Below, piece by piece: positions 47,869-62,014 of a DNA stretch of 64,000 bases. The position numbers were made by a program, and so were the translations under genes. The notes under the pieces were generated by a model, which saw nothing but the letters and a program-made list of their open reading frames with translations, was not told where the DNA came from and made no database searches. Source of the DNA: Antedon mediterranea (Eukaryota > Animalia > Echinodermata); the NCBI RefSeq assembly GCF_964355755.1, contig NC_092672.1, forward strand, positions 21,403,237-21,467,236, written 5' to 3'. Within the stretch, counting starts at the first letter, position 1; every line of letters starts with the position of its first letter.

Positions 47869-49499
47869 AAAATAATCATAATAACTTAAACTATAGTATA
47901 TATAATAATAACTGAAAAATATTGATAACTGAAAAGGTAACATACTATCCCCACACAAACATTTGCAAGCTAGCTCTGAGATTATATGTAATTTTGTTTT
48001 TCCATGATCTTTATCCACATAGATTAAAATGTTATTGCTGAGGAAAAGTGTATAGTGTTTATGTGTACTGTTGCATACAAAGTCACGTTAAATTAATAAT
48101 GTTTCTCTCCGAAGTCCAGGCAATCTAACAACAGGATGCAGGATCTATTATGCTATAATAATAAATTAATAATGTTTCCCTCCGAAGTGCTATACTAGAT
48201 CACGTTATACCCAGATATTTATAATTTATACTACACTCTAGATAAGAAAAGAGATCATTAAAACATAATAATATCGATCAGCAAGAAGTTAATTTTGTAA
48301 TCAAATGTTTAATAAGTGAAAGAATGAGTTGCAACCATAATTTCCACATTTGGCTTGCCTGAGATCATGTTTACTATTATAAACGGAGGCATATTCACTG
48401 TCAACAGATTCTGTATCATTAGTTTTAAAAAAGAAGTCACTGAACAGAGGCAAGGAACATGAGTGTAGTACCAGATGTCAACTGATTTCGCGAGAGCGTA
48501 AAACTTATCCTCTAAAAAGTTGGCAAAATTCAGATGGAATCAATAGTTGCAATCGTCGCATTTGATTCGATCTGACACACTTAGTACAAGAACCGAATGG
48601 AAGATCAGTATATGCTAGTATGGTTTATTTTAAACTTCGGAATGACGGACGAATAAAGAATCTATGTATAGGCTGGCAAGTCTTGGGAAGCGTGTTATTA
48701 TTTGTATTGATTCCACAGTATCAGTTGACTTTAACAAGTATTCTGCCTTCCCCCTTTTACAAATTACAGATATTAATAGAACTACTAGGGCAGTTCTTTG
48801 ATGTCCCATGTTCGCTGTATGTGGCCTGTACAATACAGACAAATAAATAAATAAATAGATAAACGGTACAGCTTGAAACAAAAACAAAGGGATAAAACTC
48901 AATTGTAATTTAAAATACAATGGAGATCACGGTTAAATCAAAACAACTGTACAGTTCTTGTGAGTATATAATTACAAATTACCGATCTCTTGACAATAAG
49001 TTAGTGTTATTTCTTTTGTCGAGAAACTACTAGGCCTATATTTGGAAAATCACAAGAAGGGCAGGGCGTAGGATTGTAATTGATGTATATACTTGAATGT
49101 AAACAGGATGCATGTGTTCTCTTGGTAAAACGCAATCTACAAAATGTGTCACTTGCTTCACAAAGAAGATAGCGTTATTCCATCCATAATCCGTACAGCT
49201 TACCTACATCTTTAATACAGTAAGTCGTTTGTTATACACAGTTCATTGTTGCTATATTATTATTCATAGAGAGCACTCCCGGATCACGTCATTATTTCTT
49301 ATAATATATTTTGAAATTCTAAATAATGCAATGTTTAACCAGGTTTTATATTTGTTTCTATATATTTGGTATTAATGAAAATAATGTATTTGTTCTGTAT
49401 ATTGGAAAAATTATATAAAAAGAAATATATCTACAATACGATTTTAATTATTTGTATATAATTTGACACACGCATATATAAAAACGGGTAAGTGTGCTC

Positions 49500-50330
49500 A
49501 CAACACTCTATTTATGTTGTAATGGGTGACATGAATGAAAGTGTAAATATTGGTTGGTATGAGTAGGTTTTCTGTAAACTTATGTAGTGATTTTGTTGTC
49601 AATGAGTTAAATGGAGACGTCTAGGAAAGGTATAGTGTTATTAGTCATGTGTTCTGTGAAAGTGATGTTGTGTGTGGGATCGATTGAGTTTCGATGATAA
49701 TTAAGGTTGTCAGCAGCTCCTTCTGGAACAACTGCTAAAACGTCATCTACGTATCTTTTCCATATCAGTGGCTTAATTTCTGTATTAGCTGTTTTAAGTG
49801 CTTCCTCTTCTAGCCATTCTAGAAACAGGTTCACCACAATAGGGCTCACTAGGCTTCCCATCGCAACACCTTCTATTTCTTTATAGAAGGATCCGTTGAA
49901 GCTGAAATAGGTGGTATTTATCAGAAGGGACAGCAATTCTAAAATGTCATCGACGGAGAGATTTGTACGTTCTTTTAAGTCATCATCATTTTTTAGTTTT
50001 ATTCGTATGATTTTCAATGCTAATTCTGTGGGTGTCTTGGTGAATAGGGATACAACATCGTACGAGACAAATGTGTAGTTCTGTGGGAAATTTAACGTCG
50101 CAAGTTCTTTAACTAAGTCTTTGGAGTTCTTTACATGATGTATAGTGTTTCCAACTATGGGCTCCAAAATATCGGCGAGGCTTTTTCCTAAGTTATAGTA
50201 TATGGAGTCGATGCAGTCAACAGTAGGACGAAGCGGTACATTCATTTTGTGTATTTTTGGAAGGCAGTAAATTCGTGGTTTTACTTCTGCTGTAGCGAAG
50301 GAACAGTATTCTTTTTTGCTTTGGTGTTAT
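49500..50330 (-). mobile_element. Penelope-like element RT fragment
   Basis: PLRP, SYDVVSLFT, GVAMGS, RYVDD, IPFLD motifs (ORF 49607-50245). Confidence 0.85.
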
Positions 50331-51219
50331 TTTCTCTTCTTGCATAACTCCAAGCGGTAAACTTCACAATGGCTCCTTTCAACCGTGTCATCGTCACGTC
50401 ACCGCTACGTCACCAGAACGTATTCACTTATGATTATGACTTGCTGTTAGTAGGCGAAACGTCTAGTTCTCTGGAAATGTAAGTACCGATATCATCTTAC
50501 AAATAGAAGTAACTTTTTATCACATTATATTATCAGATCCAAATGAACTTATTTAACAGTCCAATTTATTCATTCAGAGAACACCGGAACACTTCATTCA
50601 ATTTTTCAATAGTATATTTATATAATACAATTTTTAATAACCAGATTTTATATGTTTTTAATATTTGGTAATGACCAATTGATGATATATTTAATGTGTA
50701 TATTGGACAAAATAAAAAAGAAATATATTTGACATACTATATATTATTTGATATAACCTAACGTACGCACATACAAAGACGCAGACAACTAACGGGTAAA
50801 CTTTACTTTGATTAGAAGAAATAAATGTTTATTTGATTTGATATAATAATTCTAGTATTTGCTAAGTCTACTCTGAGACCCGCAAGGTCCGTATTAATAA
50901 CTGGACTATCTCTGGATTTAGTCTGGACAATCTTTAGTCCTGGACTAAACCAGTATCAAAATCGGCAAATACGGGCCAATGAGATTGTGGCATACACTAT
51001 GCAGTCATTCACAGTACGCATTAACCTCAACAACAGCACAAACAAGAAAGCAGCGAGAGATCTGAAGGAACAGTCCGGAAATGAAGGCAGGACAGAAGAA
51101 AAAACAAAGAGTATTGAAAAAAGAAGTTTAAGAAAGAGAAACAAAAACAAGTCATTTAATCTTAATAATATGTATTCTAAATATTGTAATTTCTCTAGGA
51201 AGCTCTTTACTCTAATCTT

Positions 51220-53142
51220 ATGAATTTACATTGTATAACACTAAACGTTAGAGGAGCTAGAAATATAAATAAGCAACATAAGCTATTCCAATGGGTAAAA
51301 GATCAAAAAGCGGATATATGTCTGCTTCAGGAAACCCATCTAACAAATGAGATTATTAATAAATCAAACTTTGTTTGGGAAGGTGAAGCGATCCATAGTA
51401 TAGGTAATTCACATAGTAGAGGAGTGTCGATACTATTACGAAAAGGTCTTGAATGCAAAATTGTTAAAAAGTTAACTGATATTGATGGAAGATATATATT
51501 TCTTAATTTAATGATAAATGAAAAGGAATTGGACATTATAAATATTTATGCTCCTAATGAAAGCAAAAATAGAAGTGCATTCTTTAGGACCATACACAAA
51601 TGTTACAATGACTTTGATGGAGGGAAGGGCAATTCTATCATTCTAGGTGGAGATCTGAATTGCATCATGAATAGTGACATTGACCAAAAAGGTAGCGCAA
51701 ATAGGTCTGATAAATCTGTTTTTACGATTAAAAAACTAATGAAAAATTTAAATTTAAATGATATTTGGAGATCCAAAAACATGAATAAGCGACAATTTAC
51801 GAGGCGTAAGAGATTTAACAACATTTTCCGTAGGCTGGATTACTGGTTAATATCAGAAGATCTCTTTTCAAATGGAGATGTTTTAGCCTGTGACATTCGT
51901 CCAGCTATTCTCACAGATCACCAGGCGGTATCAATTAAAATAGATTTGCATGAAAAAAAACGCGGTCCTGGTTTATGGATGTTCAACAATAGCTTTCTGA
52001 AAGATGAAACATTTACAAAATTAGTAATTAAAATAATTGATGTTTCAATACTAAAAAATAATAGAGAACCTGTAAGTGCAAGTTTGTTATGGGAGCTTGT
52101 AAAAACAAAAATAAAAGAATTTTCAATTGCATACGGAAAACAAAAAAATAAAAACCAGAATAAAAAGAAAGAAAAATTACAAAAACAAATAAAAAACTTA
52201 AATGAAACAATTATGAATACTCAAAATTGTGATATAACCATTGAAAATAAAATTGAAAACAAAAAAATAGAGCTTGAAAACATTTATAATGTAGAAGCAA
52301 AAGGCGCGCAAATTAGGTCCAGAGTAAAATGGATAGAGGAAGGCGAGCGGAATACAAAATACTTTCTTGGGTTAGAAAGATCCAAAAGTAAAAAGAAACA
52401 CATAAAAATTTAATTACTAAAGATGGGAGCTTAGCAACGAGCCCAATTGATAATTTAAAGGAACAAATACAACATTTCAAAGGTTTATACGCAAAAAATG
52501 TTATAAACCCTGGAAAAATTAATAAATACCTTTGTAATTCTATTATAAACAAGCTTTCAGAAATAGAAAAAGAAAATTGTGAAGGTTACGTCACTATTGA
52601 TGAATGTAAAAAGGCCATTTCAATGATGGAAAAAAATAAAACACCTGGACCGGATGGTCTAAGTGTTGAATTTTATGTGTTCTTTTGGAATAATATTAAA
52701 CATTTAATTTGCGATGCGTTAAATGAAAGTTATAATTCTCAAGAATTATCCTTTTCGCAAAAACGAGGTGTAATCACCCTTTTGTTCAAGGATGGAGAAA
52801 GAGAAAATTTGAATAATTGGCGTCCCATTACCCTCTTAAACACCGATTACAAAATTCTTGCACATGTATTAAGTAACAGACTTAAAATGGTTATTAAATC
52901 AATAGTAGGTTCAGACCAAAAAGGTTATATAAAAGGCCGTTTCGCTGGTGAAAACATTCGGTTAATAGAAGACCTGCTTTATTATACAGAGTGTAATGAT
53001 ATCAAAGGGGCAATAATTACCGTAGATTTTAAGAAGGCTTTTGACTCTATTAGTAGAGATTTTATGTTCAATGTTCTAGAAAAGTTTAACTTTGGAATGT
53101 TCTTTTGTAACTGGGTAAAAGTATTATACAATAACGTTGAAT
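51220..53142 (+). mobile_element. Tx1/L1-clade LINE ORF2 fragment (APE endonuclease plus start of RT), frameshifted and truncated
   Basis: TLNVRG, LQETH, IYAPN, GGDLN, RLDY, TDH, EGERNTKYF, KTPGPDG, NWRPITLLN, DFKKAFD; cut at 53143. Confidence 0.88.
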
Positions 53143-56100
53143 CCCAGCTAGCAATCACACGTTGTACCGACGTTGGCGTAAGGTCAACAGTTACGTTGGG
53201 CCAACAACTTTAGGCGACGTAGGCCCGACGTAATTTTTTCTATCGGCCCTTAGTGGGCCCAACGCGTTGTACAGACATCGGAACAACGTGTTGGGGCGAC
53301 GTCGGCCAAACGTCGTCGTTTATGGTTGGCCTGACATCTTTTACCGACGTAGGCCCGACGTTACTGTTACCAACGTAGGCCCGACGTAATTTTTTCCATC
53401 GGCCCTTAGTGGGCCCAACGCGTTGAACAGACATTGGAACAACGTGTTGGGGCGACGTCGGCCAAACGTCGTCGTTTATGGTTGGCTCGACATCTTATAC
53501 CGCGACATAGGCCCGACGTAATATTTTCCGTCGGCCCTTAGTGGGCCCAACGCGTTGGACAGACATCGGAACAACGTGTTGGGGCGACGTCGGACAAACG
53601 TCGTTATTTATGGTTGGCTTAACAACTTTTACCGACGTAGGCCCGACGTTACTTTTACCAACGTAGGTCCAACGTTATTTTTTACATCGGCCCTTAGTGG
53701 GCCCAACGCGTTGGACAGACATTGCAACAACGTGTTCGGGCAACGTCGGACAAACGTCGTCATTTATGGTTGGCTTAACATCTTTTAACGATGTTGGCCC
53801 GACATGTGTTTGGTTGACGTCGGCTTAACGTCATATACATTACGTTGGTCTAATAACTTTTGATGACGTTGGTTCAACGTATTTTTTTATTTGTCGTGTC
53901 TAGGTTGGCTCAACGTGTTGGGTTGATGTCGGCTTAACGTCATTTATATTACATTGGTCTAACAACTTTTGATGACGTTGGTTTAACGTAATTGTTCTTC
54001 GTTGGGCATTAGTTCGCCCAATGTGTTGGGTCAACGTCGGCTTAAAGTCATAGATTACGTCGGTCATCGTATTTTGTATTCGTCGGTTATGCGTGAGCAC
54101 AACGTGTTGGAGTAGCTGTGTTAATTTACATCGATTCACCGTAGTAAATAGATTGTACCATCGAATGAATATGAATGAAACTTAACAATTAAATAATGCC
54201 GGTACTCTGCAAATATTGGATTGGAAATTGTTTTTATTAAAGGTATAATTATTTAATGATAAACAATTTAAGTAAAACATTTAAAAACTAGACAATTAAA
54301 AATCAAATAAACTATATAGATTTGAACTCGTCTCTTAAGAATGTAAAAATGTATAATTAATTGCAACGTTTGATTACATTTTAATCAAGTTTTTAACATT
54401 TCATCAATTCGGAAGTTAATTTGAGCACACATTTAATCATGAGGGCCACTTTTCATCCTGAGGGGCTATAGATTACAATTTACTATATAGATTAAATTAA
54501 TTAACCCATGTTGTTCAAATGTTGAGACATAATGAGGTCATCAAAATTAAAAAGTTTACTACTCATGCGAGGAATGATTTATTGAATAAGAAAATATTTA
54601 AAGCTGGGAGAAATGGGGTATCGATAAGCGAGATGCGCTCTTTTAAATATGAATAATAGTACCAAAGAAAAAACAAATCCTATTTTACAAAATCTACTGG
54701 CAATATGATGCCGTAAAAGCATCCAGTATACGGATAACCAACAATTCAAATAAAAAGTTCATCATCATCATCTATGGTATCTTCGGCTTCGTCGGTGTTT
54801 GCTGCTGCTGCTACAAAGAGAAAAGAAAAGCAAGTTATTGTCAATTAACTGTAAATTATATACGTTTACTAAATACACACATAGTGATTACAAACCATAA
54901 GCTATAGTAGAAAGCTTATCGCATTGCAATTTATTTAACACAATGTTAGTTTTTAGTAAAAGTTGTACAAATTTCAAAAAGCGCGCACCGCCGCCCTTTT
55001 ACGTGCCCAATTAATTTTATTCCAAATCTTTTATCTTTTTGCTCAATTCATCATCTTCATGTTTACTTTGATAACGCCATCATACCAAAAAAAATAGAAC
55101 ATAATGTGGGTCCCGTAATTTCACCTATGCTACATTGTATATAGATGTACATATGCTGTAGATAATTATAACTCAGCACTATAAGCGTAAATGCATCAGG
55201 TCAAAAGATGCCATAATTATACAGTATCAACATTTTGCGATGGTATTTTAACGTAAGTGCATAATTTGTTTTAAAATAAATGTCAGTAAAATTATAAAAT
55301 GACATCACTTATAATTCGTTAAAGAGACGAATTAAATTCTAGTTTGAAAATTAGTAGTCGTAATAAATAACCACCAGCATGGATTATTGTTGTTGCCGTC
55401 ATGATGGTGGTTTAAAATGACTTGATACCTGATTTACAAGTAAAGTACAAACATCTTTAAATACTAAATTTAACTATTGAACTGACCTTTCTTCTTTTGT
55501 TCCCTAAGTTTTCTTCCCCCAGCTCTGTCCTTGCTGTATTTCAGCCAAGATTTTATTTTATTTTCACATGTGGCCTCCGTCATTCCGGTCCATGATCTTC
55601 TAGCTGAAACTGCAAAGTGTACAAACATTGTGCATCAACAGAATACTTTATCTCATGTGAAAAATATATAATCAAAAGCCTCTTGCTTCCCTATTAGCAA
55701 GATAAAACAAGCAATTATGCATTTGAAATAATTATTTTAATAATACTAAATAAGATTTTTAAAATATTATTTTGAAAACGAGGAAGAGACATCCAATTTT
55801 ATGTGTGCATCTTCGTCCAAAATCAGTCAGACGGTAATTCATATACACACTTTGAAACACCAGTTCTCGTCAAATCAGAGGAAGTATTGCCCGGACTACT
55901 TGAAAAATAAGGAGGATGAGATAGGCTAAAATTACTACTACCCCCACCACTGGTAGTAGTGGTAGTATTAATAATAGTAGAACTAGTACTACTATTACTA
56001 CGATCAATATCATTTATACTACTGCTGCTACTACTGCTGCTACTAATTTCAATTCTGCTGATATTACTACAACGTTTGGGACTATTTTTAGTTAGGCTAC

Positions 56101-56500
56101 AACTGGAACAATACTACTACTTGCTTTATTAAGACTACTAACACTCTGGTCATCATGACTAGTAGTACTAGTAGTGAAATTGTCAGTTTGGCTATTATCA
56201 GAAGGAGGTAGAGACGGAGTAATATTGACACTTCCGTCGTCAACGTGTTCATCATTATAATAACGTGGATTAATAGGCCTAATTACATTATCCGTATCAA
56301 AATTCACATTAGGCCTAGGCCTACCAATTTGCCCTACAATCTCATTAGCCCTTCTTTTGGCTCTATTGCGGAGAGTTCTTTTACAGTAAATTTTACTATT
56401 TACATTCATAGTTACAGTAATACAGTACTGTTTTAATAATTGTAAAATGTTGTTCAAATTAATATAATACAAATGTTCTATTATTACTCACTGTATTTGA
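53143..56500 (-). mobile_element. EnSpm/CACTA-type DNA transposon derivative (one terminus visible)
   Basis: CCCAGCTAGCA terminus, dense CCGACGT/AACGTT subterminal repeats to ~54120, spliced DUF4806-like exons; right boundary uncertain. Confidence 0.65.
54746..55609 (-). pseudogene. 3' exons of a transposon accessory gene, DUF4806/BEN-like (55487-55609, 54746-54810)
   Basis: IKSWLKYSKDRAGGRK signature; phase-compatible splice to an acidic tail AAAANTDEAEDTIDDDDELFI*. Confidence 0.6.
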
Positions 56501-57364
56501 AGAAGTCGAACAATTGATGAAACAGAAAAGGTCAATCAGGAACTTTTAAATAATATTTCAGTAGGCCTACAGTTTCGATGACAAAAAGTTTTTGAGCAGC
56601 AAGTTCTGAGCGTGATACAGGGACGACAGCGTGTGCTAGAATGTTTTTTGGTCTTTTCAATGGTAAGCTACCGTCAAAATCAATCACGCTTGTAAATCAA
56701 ATTCCAACAGGCAAGGACATTCGCGGACTGGAAAGTCAATCACAATCCGTTCATGATAAACGAATGCAATGTAAAGTAGTTTGACAGTAAGGTACCCATG
56801 TTACCCACATCATAGAATTTTGAAGAATGTTGGATTTGTATTCTATATATTATTATACTGTACTAGGCTCATCAACTAGATGACACGTACAAATAATATA
56901 GGCACTCAGTACTAAAAGTGTATATACTGTATATGCATCAGATATGCATCAGGTCATATCATAGTATATCGCAAACATTCAATTCAACATTTATTTCTAC
57001 CAAAATCAAACATCAACATATGTATATTTAATAAACAAAAATATAGTAATAAAAATAAAAACAAAAACAAAAAGCATCATTTGGTCGAGGCAGAGATTCC
57101 ATACAAAAAAGTATTACATCAAGTACACATAGACCCTGATGATTAAAGATTAAACGAACTGTTTGACAAAAATCCTAGCCGAATGAGAGAACGGAATAAG
57201 AGCAGTATGTATAGATACAAAATAGAATCAAATTAAATTACTGCAGTTCCATCACCACCACCTTGTCCCAATTCTTCTCAATTATTTTCTTGAGTCCAGA
57301 TAAATTATGATTCATTGTAGTATAGGCTTACAGTATTCGTTTTTCCCGCGATAACTCCTATTAG

Positions 57365-57557
57365 GAGTTGCGGGTCGGAAAGTGTGAGTTGCGAGTCGGA
57401 AAGTGCGAATTGCGAGTCAGAAAGTGCGAGTTGCGGGTCGGAAAGTGCGAATTGTGAGTCAGAAAGTGCGAGTTGCGGGTCAGAAACTGCGAGTTGCTAG
57501 TCGGAAAGTGCGAGTTGCGAGTCGGAAAGTGCGAGTTGCGAGTCGGAAACTGCGAGT
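57365..57557. repeat. 21-bp minisatellite, about 9 copies
   Basis: gtgcgagttgcgagtcggaaa. Confidence 0.92.
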
Positions 57558-60097
57558 AGATATCGGGGTTGACAACATGCAGAATAAACACAAATACATG
57601 CTTTGTTCAAGTACACGTACAGTACATGATTGTAGGCATATGTCAAATGTATTACGTGTATTTAAAGTAACTTTAGCAGAGTACAGGGCCCACAACTACA
57701 ATGTAGAAGGGATTATTATTACTTATACAGTATTGTTTGATGAATGTGTGATACAGTTGTATTTTAGTTGTTGTTCAACTCGATGATAAAATGTACACAA
57801 ACTAAGATTGTAAAATGGGTGTAGCAATTATGACCTCATCGCATAACTTTGATATATATGAGTTAGTTTTTGATCAAACTGAAATAACTCATCATCTTTA
57901 AGAAGAAATTTAGATTATTATATTTTATTTTATTAATTTCGGCAAAAACAATTATACAAACATAACAATACAAAAAATAGCTAGATTTTGCGCCATGGAG
58001 CAACAAAAGAGGCTAACACAGCTTCTGTCGCCAATTAGGCGTGCCACAAAAAAGATGACATCTTACTTTAAGTCACAATCCCTTAATTGGTATAGCACAC
58101 AACAAGTGTCCATGACAGGTAAATTTATTGGCCCTTTGGTTGGGAGAACCTAGTACAAAAGTCTGCATATAGACTTATTTATTTATTATGATTTATGAAA
58201 ATGATTGTACAATTTAATAAAGTTAAAAGTAAAGTATAAAATAAAAATGCATTAAAATCATCTGGTATGCTAAACTGTCAGACTTCTTATATTTATTAGA
58301 AGGTAGCAGACACAAATACCTGCCCCAGGGTGGGAGTTATTTGCTTCATGGAGACCATGCATGATTGCAATGATTGAAATCACAGGTTAAATCCTTCACA
58401 GAAGAATTCATTTTGATTCATTATCTCTGAATCCCCATCTAACCACCAACCCCACCTCAGCTCATCCTCTCATTCTCAACCAACATCCACATACCATACA
58501 TCCTTGAGATGGTTCAAATGTACACTTTAAATCAGATTATTTTGATACAACATTACCCCTAAATGCCAGTTTTTCCTTATTTTTGTACATGAACCTTTAA
58601 ACAAAGAAAAATCTGCGAGATCTATCTTTTTGTATGGATGATGGTTATTTCTTTACCATGAAAGAGTTCGTCGTTTTTTTAATATTTACGGTTTAAAAAC
58701 AAGAGTATATCCAATAACAATAAGCAATACAGCAGACGGAATTGTAATTTATAAACCGGGTTGGGGTAAGAGTCTCCACCAAGTCACATATAATTATACA
58801 CCATCATTATCGTCGGTATAATGTTAATGTGAAATGTAAAAGAATATTTATATCAAGCACCTTGATTGAATTTGTTGTATTAAAAATCATTGTCAATTCA
58901 ATGCAAGGTTTCGATTTTACATGAGATTATCATTCTTCATTGATCATCACATTATATATTGTTTATCTATCTATACATTCAAATCTACGAGTAGTGGTGT
59001 TCACAGAATGTCTACCCAGGGAGTTGTATACCTATGTACATTCTCCTTTGTGTTTAAATTAAGCATTTTGTAATCAAAATGTTGAGCTATTTGCTAGTTC
59101 ACCATTCATATCATAACCTTGAATGATCTGTCTTCTGGGACTGTTTAGTGACCTTTGAGATATAAACACAGGATTTTATGAGAATTCTATGCAAATCATG
59201 CTTATTACAGTGTATTCTGTTTTCGTAAATGACCGATTGGACTCCAGGACATTCATATCGGCATGTGAATAAAGTAAAAAACAGAGAGCTATGGAAAGTT
59301 ACAAATACCCAAATCAATTACAAAAAATAGACCCTTTTATCATTCATCATTGCAAAGTGTTAAAACAAAAATCAGTACATTGTTTATTGGAAAACATATC
59401 AAATAATTTACATAAATACATAGTCAAATATCGTATGCGGATAAAAAGGTATACATTCTGAACTCATTAAATTATTATTAACCAAATAGGTTTGATTGAA
59501 TTTCAAACGGGCTAAACGGATGTTCACTGGTATTTGATATGGCCTAATTTTCTATTTATAATTAAATAAATAATTTCTATGTATAATATTAATGACCATT
59601 TATTACACTATCCAATACTGATAAAGAACCAAACTATTATGTATAAGAAAATCCTAAAATTGATTGTATTTGTAAAATAAAATATCACTGTATTATTTTA
59701 CGAAACCTCATTAGGGCTTTTGTTTGTTGATTATGCCCAGTCGAATTTGAAAAACACTATGAAAGCACCAGCATATCAAGCGAGGGTTCCTAAATTTTTC
59801 TTATTCTCACAGATTTCCTCATTACATGATCGTTTTAAAATAATTAGTTAATTAAATTATATCACCGGGCGGCTAAGAATGAATGTTCTGTACCTACAGT
59901 GGGTCTGGGGTGTGTGTGTTTGTGTTACATTTCAAATGTGTTGTTTGGGCTGTATATATTTGAACCGATACATTTCTTTCATTTTTCTGTACATAGGTCT
60001 AATAATATAATTATGAATTATTACAATTGCCCAATTCTACTTAAAACATTCAATAGAATGAATTGAGTATGATTGGACATTAAAGTATGTATTGATT

Positions 60098-60253
60098 TAT
60101 AAATCCAAAGGCAAATTACTGAAAAAATGACAATGCTGTGGCTGGATCTCAATGGAGATACAAAAAAAAGAGAAAGCTAAATCAAAACGATAAGTAAAAC
60201 AGTCAGAAAAGTTAGCAGAGCTTTCGGCCAACACTAGCCCTTCATCAGTGCAA
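60098..60253 (-). mobile_element. Hammerhead-carrying short repeat, copy 2 (motif at 60212-60253)
   Basis: Similar to 4255-4430; CTGATGA and GAAA boxes conserved. Confidence 0.7.
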
Positions 60254-60413
60254 GTGATTTATATATATATATCGTCTCTGGCTTTTTTTAAAAACATTTA
60301 GGAGAGTACATCCGGGCATCCGTGTCAAGTCGACTCGATTTACACGTGGAATTAGTTACATATCCCATTCCCAAGAATACCTACAGTAATGCATTTTTGC
60401 ACGCTGGTAGGAG

Positions 60414-60682
60414 TTTTTTTTTTATTTGATTTGAGTATTTAAAAACTTTAATTACTCTCTGTTTTTGCATACGCTGTTTTTGATACTTTATTCACATGCC
60501 GATGCGAATGTCCTTCAATCCTGTCGGTTGTTTACGATATAAGCATTGGCATTCGGTTTTCGTAAACAACCGACAGGATTGAAGGACATTTACATCGGCA
60601 TGTGAATAAAGTATCAAAAACAGCGTATGCAAAAACAGAGAGTAATTAAAGTTTTTAAATACTCAAATCAAATAAAAAAAAA
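60414..60682. repeat. Near-perfect inverted repeat (~124-bp arms, 22-nt spacer)
   Basis: 60414-60537 is the reverse complement of 60560-60682. Confidence 0.9.
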
Positions 60683-62014
60683 ATCAAATTATTTTATCAT
60701 TCATCCTTAAAACACTATATGTTTATTTGGAAATGAAGTAAAAAACATGATGGGCCAATGTCGTGGAGACTTTTTCGCACCTCCAAATATGTTCAGTTAC
60801 ATCCATCAAAACTTAACATCCGCGTTTTCGAAACGGCCACCCGCACACACTTTTTATGTATCTTAACTGAAGGGGTATACGAATGTAATTTAAATAAAAT
60901 GTTCTGCTGAATGAAATACATTAATAGCTAAAACGAAAACTAAAGAGCATCTCATCAATTATTTTTTAGAATTAATATGGTGTGAACTTTTAATTCGCTA
61001 CTGCCCACAGTCCCACGTATCCCTCCAATTTACTGCGGACTGTAGCACCCCACACACCATTCCCTATTGTCAAACTATAATATCAGCTCACAGAGTTTTA
61101 ACACGTCACGGGTCTCGCATTTTTAATGAAACACACATTTCGCACAAACACTGTGTAGGCCTACGCGCATCTTTTGTTGAACTTACGCATTACAGTATCT
61201 GTTGCTCCGATATTGTAATAAACGTCAGGTTGGTAATTCCCCCTCCTCCCCCAACCGGAGCCAATGCGTATATGTAATGTTGCATACAGCGCAAACAGAG
61301 AGCAATTTAAGTTTTTAAACACAATGTTTATTTGGAGAAATGATTTAGTACAAATATCGTACAGTACATGGATAAAAGTAGTATAATTCGTATTTAATAA
61401 TTTCAAAATCCAAACAAAATAAATAGTGAAATTAGTACATTTTAAAGAGAAGTACCAATTACGAAATCATTTTTTAATATATCCCCGCAACATGTGTAGG
61501 CCTAAATATTTTTTCATTCAGCTTTTTTTTTATCATTTTCAATTTCGGTTTTTGACATAGGCCTAATAATAAGTGAAAATATGCTCAAAATGGTCTAAAT
61601 GTACTTCATTTCATTTTCTATATATATGTTTTTTGTTTATAATATTTACAAATAGTATACATGTATTAAGATACGCGCCTGTTGTTTATTTATTTTGCTG
61701 TCAATCACCGATTTAAATGTGTGTTGAAATAAATAAATGAAATTGATTATTGAATTGAAAATGCAGAATTATTAATATGGGTGAAAACATGGTAATGCTA
61801 TACAATAATAGGTGTACTATTATCGGTATAAATTATAAATGTATCGATCAAAGTAAATGGCTAAATATTTATGTTAAAAAAGTATGAACCATATATTTCT
61901 ATGAATGTGTAAATTAATGTATTCCCAATAAAATAGTATAATAATACAGTATGTTGAATAAACTCGGGCGGAATAATACCGTACATAAAAAACATAATCA
62001 TTTTCTTATCGAAA

